Origin: a virus
Taxonomy: Duplodnaviria > Caudoviricetes
Reading direction: 5' to 3' (one strand)
DNA length: 64,000 nucleotides
Virus record (IMG/VR): IMGVR_UViG_3300031853_000010
Coordinates: 39,162-103,161 of that record
Shown: positions 45,227 through 58,000 of the stretch, in pieces
Numbering within the stretch: position 1 is the stretch's first letter
Layout: the number at the start of each line of letters is the position of its first letter
Position numbers and translations under genes: made by a program
Notes under the pieces: generated by a model
The model's input: only the letters and a program-made list of their open reading frames with translations
Told to the model about the DNA's origin: nothing
Databases searched by the model: none

Positions 45227-48200
45227 TAGCATACTCCTCCTATTCCATATAAATCTCCTACTCCAACAGTTCCGCAATGGCTCGTATCGCCAGTGCATAC
45301 AACAAACCTAAGCTGATTAAACGGAATTGGATGTGGTGGCTCGCCCGCTGATGGAGCGAAAGTCACTGAACCATCTCTAACGTTAAGCCAATGGCTGTGG
45401 TCATGGAACTCATTAATACTACCTACGGCGGCAGAAATTCTGTTATTTACTTCACCAATTTTATCTTCAATAGCACGACGGATATCACTGCTTGAATCAT
45501 TAATCTGGTCAGCAATATACTGGTTTAAATTCTTACCATTATTTGGGTCTTTAATCTGACTAAACTGAATTGCCAAACTACCATCACTGTCAATTCTAAT
45601 CATCGGGTCAGAAATAGTAATTTTATCTGATACATTTATTGCACTATTTTCTCCATTTATTTTACCACCAAAATAAGCTGAGCCGTCTTTGGTGACTGCA
45701 AACAAGTTAGCTACATTATCACCATTCTAAGCACAGCAAAGGAATAAACGTTCAACACCAGAGCCCGTAGCATCTTGACCATTAAGACTTGGGTTGTTAA
45801 GATAAAGTCCAACAGAAGAATCTTCTGTTACGGAAGTTGAACCAGATTCAATTGCTGTATAGGTAATACCCTCTACCGTGTATGTATCAAATGGAGCTTT
45901 AAGAGTAAGCGTATTGCCTTGGTCATAACAATTATAAATTGTATTAACTGTGCCGCCAGTCGTTGTAATTTGTGCATCTGTTGTTCCGTTAAATAGTGTA
46001 ATGTCTGTTTGCTGACTAAAAGCTGCGCCTTCTCCATTGAAGAAATATTTCTTTGGATTATTACCATTTATTTCAGTAAGTTCATAATAGTAATATGTCT
46101 TACCACCAAGCTAATTAATTGATGATTGATAACGTTTTGTTATCTTATGACTTATTGTTGTATTGCTTACATCACAATATGTTGACGTTATCTGCTATTC
46201 ACTTACTGCTGTTTTAGTAAAGATTTCTGTGATATTTCCTCTATCAATCATGACCTCGGTAAGGTTCTCATTACTTATAAAGTAAGCTGCAAGCATATCG
46301 TTGTTTATTGATATCGATGTAGCATCAAAGTAATGAATTGTATCATGAGTGTCGGGATTTGTCTCGATAACTGTTGTTTGCCAACTTGAAGGAATTTCTA
46401 TCAAGTTTGGAGCATATACAAATTTGGCAGGTGTAAGTTCATTTAGTTTATGACTATAAGTGCTACCTGCGGATTTCTGGACGGTAAGTGTATTACTTAC
46501 CATCATTTCACCAATGAGTTTAATGATGGCACTTTCACGTGTTCCAGATGCAGATGATGTTGTTGAGAAGATTGGTTCGCCATTATTATTATATAGGTAA
46601 AAACCTATTTCATCTCCCAAGTCTCCTTCTCCACTAACTGCGCCGCCAGCTTCATTATTAAATGCATAACCAGCTCTTAATTTAATATTTCCGTCAGATA
46701 CGATACTTAAACCATATTTATTAAATATCGCAGCGTCATTAATATTTTTAGCGTCTGTGGTTACTGCCTGCGGGTCTCTATATGCTACAATACCATCCTT
46801 ATCCCATGAGAAGTAAACATAGGCACTATCGGCAATTCTTATCTTGCCTGCATCAAGCGTTCCAACTTTAATATAATCAGCATTGATACCACTTGGTCCA
46901 ACACCAACACTCCAATGCTGTCCTCCATCATTTGAGAAGAACAAGCCTTGACCATCAAGACGATATTTATTAGCGTGGTTGTTGATATCACTACCACTTG
47001 TTCCAGTATTGTCAACTTGAATATTATTCTCTTGGGTATCAAGAAGTGTAAGGTCGTTTGTATCAAGCGCGCCTTGTAAACTTGAAGTAGTAATATTTTG
47101 CATTGCTGTGAAATTTGATGAACGTTTGTAAATGTTCTCATTGTAAGTAAGTGATTGAACAGAAGCTGTGATTTGCTGGAATATATCTTGGAAAGATGTA
47201 GTGTAGTTCTAAACAGTAATTTTATTCTTTGATGGGTCATCAAGATTTTCTTCTACATTTGATACAAGAGTGCGTAATCTATTTGGAAGTCCAGTATGCT
47301 TGTTTATACCAAACATACCTAAATCTTCTACATAGGTTATGTCTGCTAAATCGAAATCATAAACTTCATCATATTCTTCACTAAGTGGAGAAATATCAAT
47401 AACAGAGATTGTATAGCTAACTTTTGGAATTGCTCCATCTGCCGCCACGTCAAGCGCACCAAAGTAGTAAGCATTATCTGTTAAATAATTACTATCTGAC
47501 CAAGTTCCTTCTTTAAGATAAGGTTCATATTTCTTATAAAAAGCAGATGATATTTGATTAATGAGTTTAAGATAACTTGCTCTCTCACGCTTCCATTGCT
47601 GAATTTGTAAGTATTCACTATTAAATTGACCAAGTATACCTTTTGTATAAGAGTGCTGGTCTATCCAATATTTTTTACTTTCTTCCAAATCAGTGATACA
47701 ATTAAAGAACTCAATTGCCGTTGCGTCTGCGGCGGGAACGTTGCTTGCGTATCCTTTATTTATATCGAAAGCATTTGTATCACATACTCCATCTGTATAG
47801 AATGTTGTATAAATGAGCTGAGTTAAGATTGATTGCTGCTCTGAGAGTTTTACAAGATAGTTGAGATATACCTATTGAGTTTCATACTATGATGAGCTTG
47901 AATACATGTTTTTATATTTATCAAGCTACTTTTTAATTTTCAAAATTTGTTCCTGAGCAGTTATAATACCTTGATAGTTTACAGTCAGATTTGCTTCAAG
48001 TTCTGTAAATGAACTATCTTGTAAATTAATAATCTTGCTTGATAATTTATCGTATTCAGTGTTGTAATATCCAAGCTGTTTCAAAAAGCCTGACGGAATT
48101 ACGTCATAACTACTGCCAGCAGGAATATCAACAGGAGTTATACCATAAAGGTCTTGCTCTACTTCCTCTCTGTCAAGCATTCCTTTCTCTATATAATAAC

Positions 48201-51200
48201 TAAGGTCAATAATGTAACTGTCTTTTGATGGATTGTCTTCTGCGGTCTTAATTGAACAAATACCAGTTCTTGATATTTCGCTATCAACATCAAGGACATA
48301 AAGTTTAGTGACAATTTTATCGCTCTCTATGTTGCGGCTAATATCTTTAAGGTTCTTTTCATATCTGAAACCAACCTTGTTTTCCTTGCCCTTTTCAGTA
48401 ATATAGAAAATCTTTTTAACATATTCGTCGTTTTCATTTTTAATAACTGCACCGTTGCTCTTATGCTCAATAAAGAACTGAGGATATACTTTAAATACTT
48501 TACTTGTTTCCTGAATAATGTTAAATCTGTTTGATTTACTTACCGTTAATGTTCTTATTCTACGATTATGTTTTTCAGTTTTAAATCTGAATGGACAATA
48601 GCCAAACTTCTGATAGAAACAAGTATGACCATTTCCACATTTACAATCAAGCTCATTAAGGTCAGCCATCTGGTCGTAGTATTTACATTTGTTTAAGTCG
48701 ATATAATTTGTCTAAGTCTCACAATCATCTAATGTATACTTCGCCGCATCCAGTGGAAGCACATTCTCTTTAATGAGTTTGGGGTCAGAAGTGATAAATG
48801 ACTTCGCGCCCATAGTATCACAATAGATTGGCTCTTCATCAGTTTTTGAAGTAGCCTTTAATCTTTGAATGTAATAGTGCTGATATTCATATGTTGAGCC
48901 AAGCATGATATCATCTTCAAAAATTATCATGCCCTTCATTGCCTATTCAGTAAGACTTTGAGTAATTATTTCATATTTTCCATTGTCCTTAATTGACAAT
49001 GCCTTAGGAGGCCAGAAGAGGTCTCTTCCGCTATATCTGTATATAAGACTATTATTTACATTAGGAAAAGCATCAACACCTTTTGTGTAAGCTTCAAACA
49101 AGTAAAGTTTAAAAAGAATAATAGACTTTTCTGATGAAACAACAATATAAGGATTTTCAATGTTTTTCTTTGATTTAAATAAAATAAATTTTGAAGGAGG
49201 AAGTGTATCTATTTCAAGATTTTTCTTATCGTCGTCAAAGTTAGCAGGCATTTGAGTATGAGTGATAATATCAATATCCTAATTCATACCCACATTAAAT
49301 TCAAGCACATCTCCATTTAATGTATATTCTCCATCCGATACAAGCGTGCCCTTACCGATTTTAATTTTAAAATCACCAAGAGCCCATGAAGAAATACCAA
49401 GGCAATAAATCTTATCTTTTTCAATTACCTTCTCTTGTCCAATAATACCAAAGTTTACTATTTCTCTGCCATTATTATCTGAGATAAAGCCCTTCTTTTC
49501 TTCCTATTCTTCATTTGTAAGAACAATAAGATTTTCATTATTTTCAAATCTATATTCCCACTTACCTTTGTTAATGTAATATTTTACCTCACCAGTGGTT
49601 GGGTCAATAGGAGCATTATAATATTCAGTGGTTGCTTCAATTTTAAGAAGTTTCCTAATTACTCCCCGATGAACCTCATCTCCTTTCTCAAAAAGAAACT
49701 GGAAATTGTTATGTTCGTCAAGAACATAATAATTTAAACCAATTGAATAAATAACAAATGTGCCGTCAGGAGAATTGCGGAGGGGATTGATAAGCCAATT
49801 CTCTATACGCTCTTTCATCTCACACATTGAAATGACTGGGTTCTTACCCCAGTAATAATTAACTTTATTAAAACTAAAATACATTTCATCAAGCTGAGCC
49901 TGAGAAGGGTTAGAAGAACTTGGTGTAGAACCATCCTTCATTTTAACCAAACACTTTTGCGCCGCCCTTGCTGTGGCGGGTGTATAAACGATAGCTGAGG
50001 TTTTTATGTCTGCCTCATTTGGTTTTGCCACTCCACGTAGTGATACACTTGGTGTTATAAAGATAGAATTTTCAAGAAGATAGGACATAGGAGACCAACC
50101 ATCAACAGAGTCCATATCACTACCATTCTGAACAAGATTTCTTGCCAGCTGTGGAATGATTTGACGAGTTTCAAGCTTAGAGCATACACGATATTGTTCT
50201 CCTGTTTCTGTTCTATTTTCGTTTTTATAATCCCAATCTTCGCTACTATATTCATCAGCAAACTCATCAGCATGACAGTTATATACTGTTGTATACTGGT
50301 CAATATCTTCTGAAATGTTTATTTCTGTTCTATTAGTAATAGAAAATTTCTTTCCTTTTACAATAGTATTGTTATTTACATCACTGAGATATCCATTATA
50401 GAATACACATTTATTGCCACGATATTCATAATCTGTTCCGATTATCTAATTCTGTCCATCTTTTAAATATTTAAAAGTATGACTTATTGATGGTGCAGCT
50501 ACGTCAGCTGAACCAAGAACCTCAGCCTAACAAAGTCTTGTATCTTCAAATATATACCACCAATCTTTATTAAGCTGAACCGCTCTATTCCACTCAGTAA
50601 GTGTCATAAAATATGTATATTCTTTATTAAGAATAACCCCATCTTCATCGAGTTCAAGTTCTGCTGTATTAGGAATGGCATAGAATTGAATAATACCTCT
50701 TGGGTCTACGGACGGCGGCGCAAGTATGAGTTTACCATCTATATCAATTGCCATTTCTGTTGCCGCCCTGTCATACTTTATAACAGTGTCAGAAAAATCA
50801 GGTTCATATGGAGTTCCATAACAAAAACTAAGACATGAATATGGAACATAAATATAGCCATCGTTTGGAATGTCAATACAATAATCTTTTGTAAGAGTAT
50901 TTCTTGGACTATCATTCTCCACATATTCGTCCCAGAACGAACCGCGAGCCAAGTCATCACTAAGTTCTACTGGACGAATTTCGTCAGTAAAAAGATTAGT
51001 AATTATATCAGTTCCAGTTCTTTCTTTTATATCTTTACGCTGTTCATTTTCAAGTTCAAAGTTTAACTTATATCCATTAATAGAACCGCCAAAGCAACTT
51101 ACTGGAATACGATAGAGCTTTTCTTCTTTGAACTCTGTGAAGTCTCCCCAGTTATTCTCAGGATAGTATTGCCATATACTATCTTCTAAGGTTTCCTCTG

Positions 51201-51651
51201 TGAATACTCCAATTTCTTCAACATTGTTATTTAATTCTGCATCATAAGTAATGCCATAACCATTTCTTGAAAGTTCATCAATAAAAGCATCTGAACAAGT
51301 GAAAGTTTTCATATAACTTTTCAGCTATTTCTTTTCATCAACTTTCTTTACGAAAAATTCAAACCATCTGTTTTTATAAAACAGTTTAAGTTTTGCTTCT
51401 GGAAATATCATATCAATAAATTCATTTCTTACATATTCTCCTTTGAGTGAATCAAAGTATACGTCAGGCATTTGGAAGGTAAGAGTATTTGTTCCTTTAA
51501 TCTCCCTTTTAAGGACAATGTTAGTTGCCTTGCCTGGATATGACATATCATGGGCGCCAATGATGACGCCCTTTTCTTCAATTTTAGAATTACTACCATT
51601 GAGCTTTTCAACCCATACTGAAAGCTCATAAGGTCTTTTCTAAATTGCCAT
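45226..51651 (-). CDS. Giant tail tip / Tal-like central tail protein, 2141 aa, ~15 TAG
   Basis: Nine track ORFs in one frame separated only by TAG; MAI*KRPYELSVW, GTNTLTF, IVTKLYV, ITV*NYTT, GINADYIKVGTLD; lies downstream of the Dit-like gene. Confidence 0.85.
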
Positions 51652-51665
51652 TCTCTCACCTCGCA

Positions 51666-54600
51666 TTAGTAATATAAAGGTGTGTATTTAATCTGTAATT
51701 TATTTAACATATCAGCTACTGCCCAGTAAAGAGGAGGGAAGTTTGCCCACAAATAGTTGCAAGCATACCACCACCAGTCGCTAATGTCGTTATTAATACA
51801 ACGGAGTGGAAGTCCTGATACGTCAAAATCATCAAGCTGTGGACCCTATATTTCATCACCAGGTTCAACTGCATCTGGGTCTGACCATACTCCTTTTAGA
51901 GAAGTCCATGAGTAATATGAAGCTAATACCGTCCATATGCTATGAATGATTTTTAAGAACTAATATTCTCCATCGTTTTTATATTTATTAAATAGTCCCT
52001 TACCAAAGTAATTATCCGCTCCCGCGGCAGTTGGTGTATTGAGAAGTTTTAATTCTTTCTCATACCACACTTTAAATTTTAGCAGTTCGTCAATTGGGTC
52101 TTCTGTGCCGCTGTTGTCATCTTGTTCTTCTGAATATCCTTCAAGATTTTCAAAAGGAATAATTTTTCCAGCAATATCATCTGGCGAATAGACTTTAAAG
52201 AACTCATCTCTTGCAAGACCATATACAAAGTCATAAAGCTATTGAACTTCACGCTTATTTCTATTTAAGTCTCCACCATAACCCCAATCGTAAGGGCGTC
52301 CATCTTCCCATCTCTTGCCGCCCCACAATGACTCATCCACAACTGGCTCTACACAAATGAGAGACCAGCCAGGAGGCAGTTTAAACCATTTACCTTTTGT
52401 TATTGCTTCATTCATAACAACCTTATTTGGTTTATAAACAAATTCCATTCCATATGGATTTGCTGTTGTATAAAGCATACGGGTATCTGTATTGAGATAG
52501 TAATAATCATCAAGAAGGTCGTTCAAGTATCCACCAACACCAATTGTGGTATCAAGAGTGCGAATAAGTTTTGTATAGATACCTTCATCAATAAGCTTCT
52601 ATCTATCTTCTGATGTGTATTTTATTCTTTTACCAGTAAAGATTTTATCATATCCTTCTCCAATAGCATCAAGATATGCTTTTACGGTAGATACTCCTGA
52701 TAAAGCCATTTGGTCAATTTCCATATAATCATCAGTCATCCATTGCGGCATTTTATAGCCATTGAATACAAAAGCATCATAATCAAGGTCTCTCATATCT
52801 TCATCAATGTATTCAACTGGATGGTTAATATAGCTATCAGTAAACTTATCAATTTGCTCATTAATGTGTTTCTCATCAGCAACAATACCAACATCTTTAC
52901 AAGTCTTTTCCATAATAGGATAATACTTATGAAGAAGCTCTTTAAGAGTTTCCCAATAGAGTTCATACTCTTCTTCTTCGTCAATACATTCAGAGAACAT
53001 CTCATCATATCTATTAGCAAATTCAATACCTTCTTCAAAATCAAGGTCTTTATAGATTTCTCTGTAAAGATTATTTGACTTTGTAGAAATTCTACCATTG
53101 GTAGCAATAGAAGCAAACATTTTGATGAACTGAACAAGAGGATTATGTTCGTCTTTTACATAGTAGAAGCCGTCTTCTCTCTTTTCAAGAACGTCCTTAG
53201 CAAGCTCAATATATCTTTCTGTTCCAACCCATTCACCATTTTCCATCCTGTCGCCGCGCCACTGTATTGTTTGCCAGTAGAACATTTTAATATAATCGCC
53301 AAGCTTTTGACGAGGAATTGGCTCAACATAATAACAATGATGTGGATGTGCCTTACCAAGCGACATTAAACTGTTAGTTGATAATACATCAGCCCAATTC
53401 TTTTCATCAAGATGAAGATTAAAACTAACCTTATGAGAATTGTCTCTCTTGAATTGCACTCTATCATAGCTTGATGCCATTTCTCCAATGGTCTCGGTAG
53501 CAGAATAACGATAATTTCCCTGTTCGCCCCAATTCTTGTCAGCAGGAAGTATTCCACTTTTTATCAATTGAATAAGCTCGTCCTGGTCATATAACTCATG
53601 CCTATCATTAACAGTGGGCTTATAAATTTGAGGAATTTCTTTTGAACCAAGTCTTTCAATTGCTTTAATAAGTTCGTCCTATCCAGAACTTCTTCTCTTA
53701 AAATATCGATTACCATATTTGAAAGGTCTATCATCATCCTTTTCATAGGTTGTTAGTCCGCACCAATCAACAGCGTTTTCAAGTTTAAGTCTTTCAACAT
53801 TAAAGCGTCTAATTCTAAACTTTGTGCCGCCGCGACATGACCAGAAACTTCTCTTGTTTTCATCAAAACGAATTTCCCATTCAACTGGGAGGTCGCCAGG
53901 ATTGTATACAAGCATACGGGAACCAATCATAGGACGTGAGCTATTAAAACCAGTCTCCATGTTGATAAAATCTGTTTTAGAATACTGAGGAAGATACATA
54001 AGCTCCTGCTCATAATCAAGAGTAGGGGTGTAAAGAAGTTTTGCTGTGTCTTCCCACTGTGGAACATTATCCCAATAACCCCTAACATCAATGATTGATT
54101 TTTCTCCATTAGGAGTATCAAAGAATAGTTCACCTTGTTCAACTTGCTAATGTGTGGGAAAGCCTGTTTTCCAAGGAGTTTTATCATTAGGCTCCCATCC
54201 TCTACCATTACGATTTCTATGGGACTTGTCTCTAAGATTGACATTGTTGATATTATCCAGAGTTGTGCCGCCTTCGTAATCGCTTGGATTTACGTTATAG
54301 TGATAATCAAGGTCTTTATCAATATCTCTTATTGAAGGTTTATCTTTTTTACTTTTTACGAAAGTCTCATCGCTATACGCTTCCTGAATAATACATTCAG
54401 GAGGATTAGTCATGTAATAATCTGCCGCCCTTACAATATATTTATCAAATCCAAAAGCATATGGATAATAACAAATAAAGATAAGTTTAGCTGTGCCTTT
54501 ATAAACTCGCTATCCTGTTTCCTTATCTGTAAAACATAATGATTTAAATTCTGGTTTAGATTTTATTTTTGCTTTCCAAGTCTTATAAGGCTCTTCATCA

Positions 54601-54881
54601 AAAACTAAATCTTGTAATTTATCTATGGCAAGTAGCTTTCTGATTTTACGATAATCATTTTCAGATACATTATCAAAAGCTAAATTACAAGTTATTTCTC
54701 TATTCTTATAAACAGAACCAAAGTAGTATTGTCCATCACTTCCTGGTATGTCGGCGGTAGTATCGGTCGCCGCAGGAAGTATTCTTGGCTCATATCTATC
54801 AGAATTACTTACGACTTCGAGATGGATATCACTTGTGTGAATTTTTCCAAAACGAAAGCCTCTGAAATCAATAGGCTGCAT
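51666..54881 (-). CDS. Distal tail (Dit)-like protein with large insertions, 1071 aa, 7 TAG
   Basis: DFRGFRFG, IPGSDGQYYFG, LVFDEEPYK, RVYKG..CYYPYA, YNPGD, WFKLPPG, C-terminal IKYTPLYY; follows the tape measure. Confidence 0.82.
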
Positions 54882-54904
54882 AATCTTCACCTCGCTTTTC
54901 TTTT

Positions 54905-54933
54905 ATTATACACCGAAATGTGCCCAAAGTCAA
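54905..54933 (-). promoter_or_regulatory. sigmaA-type promoter upstream of the Dit-like gene
   Basis: TTGACT-N17-TATAAT. Confidence 0.7.
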
Positions 54934-54984
54934 GCCTTTGTCTTTAATAATGTGAGAATGGCTTGATTTTGCTCTAATAAAGAA

Positions 54985-55007
54985 AGGGCTTAGAAAATCT
55001 AAGCCCT
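54985..55007 (-). terminator. Hairpin after the tape measure gene
   Basis: AGGGCTTAGA-AAA-TCTAAGCCCT. Confidence 0.7.
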
Positions 55008-55012
55008 AAAAA

Positions 55013-58000
55013 TTAACCTAACTATTGATTGAGTATTACATTTGTTCCAGTTGGACGAGCCACTTCAACGACTTCTTCCTTAACTCTTTCAATCATTGCA
55101 TCGACGTCAACATCAGATGAAATGTGGTCAATGTTAAGATTTATCTCAACATTTATATCTCCACGATTATCTGTAATAGTTGTTGTCTCTTCTCGACCGC
55201 CATTAAAGTATGGAAGGTCTGAAAGAATTTTCGCAGCTTCGCCAATATTACGTGTATCTTCTGCGTTAAGGAATGCTTCTGGTTTTTCTGGCGTTCCATC
55301 GACTATTGCTGGACCTGTATAATCTACAAGACCACCGCCAAGATAACGTTTAACAGTAGAAGAAGGAGCATTTGCTGTAAGCCAGTTGTCAAGTTTTGTG
55401 CTTCGTCTATATACTCTGTAATTATCATTTACTGAACCTACATATAAGCCAGCGTCTTTAAGTGCAGAAATCTGCTCATCAGTAAGTCCTTCCATAGGAA
55501 TGAAATCTTTAACACCAAGAGTGGTACTAACCATTCTTACAAAAGCATCCATTCCGCTATACTTATTACTAATATCATCCAAAGCCTCACTTGGTGCGCC
55601 CTGATTAATAAGCTAATCAACAACACTTGAACTAATGTTCTGATTTTCTTCGCTTGGCTCAGGAGATGACATTATTACTGTCTCATTAGCATTATTAATG
55701 GCAGCGGCGGCCTCATTAGCCTTTGTAGCCAATTCAGAAAGTTTATTAATAGCTTCCTATAAATCATCTCTTGCTTTCTGAATAGCATCCTATGCTTTTT
55801 CAAGGTCTTCTAAGAAAGCATCGGTTGTTTCATTATAAGCTCTAACAACTTCTGTTGTAAAGGTTTCTGATGTATTAGCAACAACATTACTAATTTCTTC
55901 TCCAGAAACTGTCATTACATCAACCACAAAGTCGCCAGTTTCAGATGCCGCATCCATAGCTGTCATAGCTAAATACTGTGAAGCAGATGAGAACTCATTG
56001 CCATATTCATTCAATTTCTCCTATTGCATAGCCAAAGTTGATTCAGCATATTCTTTTGAAATTGAGCTAAGATACTGAGCATAATCATCAGCGTTTGTAA
56101 ATGATGCAGCGAGTGATTCAGCCTATGTGTTCCAGTAAAGAGTATTTTCGAGAAGAGCATCTTTAAGTTCAAGCTCTGAGTCTCTAAGTTCCTGCTGAGA
56201 TTCATAAAGGTCGGTTAAGCCATCGATTATATTATCAATGCTATCATCAAGAAGCTATTCTCTATCTTTCTGAATTTCATCTTCAAGATTTCTAACTTCT
56301 ACTTCATTAGCACCAGAGGTGTCTCTTCTCATCAATGAAAGCTTTCTTTCTTTCTTTGCTAAATCTTCAAAGCTATTCTCTTGTTCTCTTAGCTTTCTTT
56401 GTTTTTCGATAGCGTCTTTTAAAGCGTCAACATAATCATCGTCAGCATCTTTCATGGCATCGTATTTATCTTTCAATGCGTCTACTTCATCTTGATACTG
56501 CTGTTTAAGAGCATCAGCCAAAGTCTTTTCCATTGCCGCATAGTTCTTAATTGCTTCTTCTCTTTGCTTCTAAAACTCTTGTTCAATCTTACGAATTTCA
56601 TCTTCTGTCTTCTTATATTTATCAACGTAGGTATTATATTCACTTATTTGTTTTTCAATTAAATCTTTATATTTATCAGCAAATCTATTTTCTTCAAGAA
56701 GTCTTTGGTCAAGCATATACTTACCAGTTCTTGAATCGAAACGAGCATAATCGCCAAAATTAACATTGACCATTCTGCCGCTTTCCTAATCCAAATATGA
56801 AGCAGAACCATGTTCAATCATGTCAGCATAGTTATCTAAACCTTGCTTAATAACTTGTTGTCTTGCTCTTTCTTCTACAAGATATTCGTGTGTAGCAGTT
56901 GTGTATTTTTTAAGATTTGAATAAGCTTCGTCAAGGTTTTTGGAATCACCAAGTAAATCCTTAGTTCTTTCCATTTCCTCATTAAGACTATTAATAGCTT
57001 CTTCATAATTATAAAGTAAGTCAAGACCAGATTTTCTATCCTCAGTGCCGTAAAGCAAATCTTGATATTCTTTTAGTCTATCATTGAGAGCTTCTTGTTT
57101 TTCATTGATTGTTTCAAGTTGTTTGTTATAATTGTCAGTAGCTTCTGTGAGTTTATCTTGAAGTGCCTCGGCAGTAGCATTAACCTCATTCTTGGTAGCA
57201 ACAAGTTCTTTTCTCATTGCCTTCCATAATGTAAGCTATTCTTCATCAGCTTCGCTGAACTTACCAGACTGTTCAAGAGCAACAATCATGGAATTTACAT
57301 AGTCATAAAGAGCATTGATGTTAAGCTGTAATTGGTCATTAACAAACTATGAAACGTCAAATGATGTATCACCAACCGCATGGAAGGCATCAACAAGACC
57401 TTGAATTTCCTTTGTTCCAACGAAACCATTAGACTTCTATGCTTTTCCTGCTGAACCAAAAGCAGATGAAAGATTTGAATAATTTTCAATTAAATCTGTA
57501 ATACTTACCCAGTATCCAGCAGTTGCCGCAGTATGCTTATTAAGCTCCTGCTGACTTACAATCATCTTATTAAGCTGTTCATTGGCTACTTCGATTGAAC
57601 GACGCTCTTCAGTCGTTAAGTTAACGTCTTTAAGTTTTTCCTCATTAACCTTTAATTGCTGTTGAGCTAAGGTGGAAGTTTCGACGCTTGCTTTCTTTAT
57701 GGTATCATTCCATAATTTACCATTAAGAACCCATTCATTTCCTTTAAAATCAAGTGCCGCATCAAGTTGTTCAGCAGACACACCTGCATCCTTAAGTGCT
57801 TTCTTGGCGTCATTTAATTTATCATAATCTTCCTATGATAGTCTTATATACTCTCTATTATCCTATGCGTATTTCTTAATTATATCATCATTCTTCTAAA
57901 TAACACCAGTAATAGCTTCAATCTTCTCTTGCCATGAAGCAAGCTGAGCTGTGTTTACATATTCAAGATTAATTACTCCACTATCTGACATGAATTGCTT

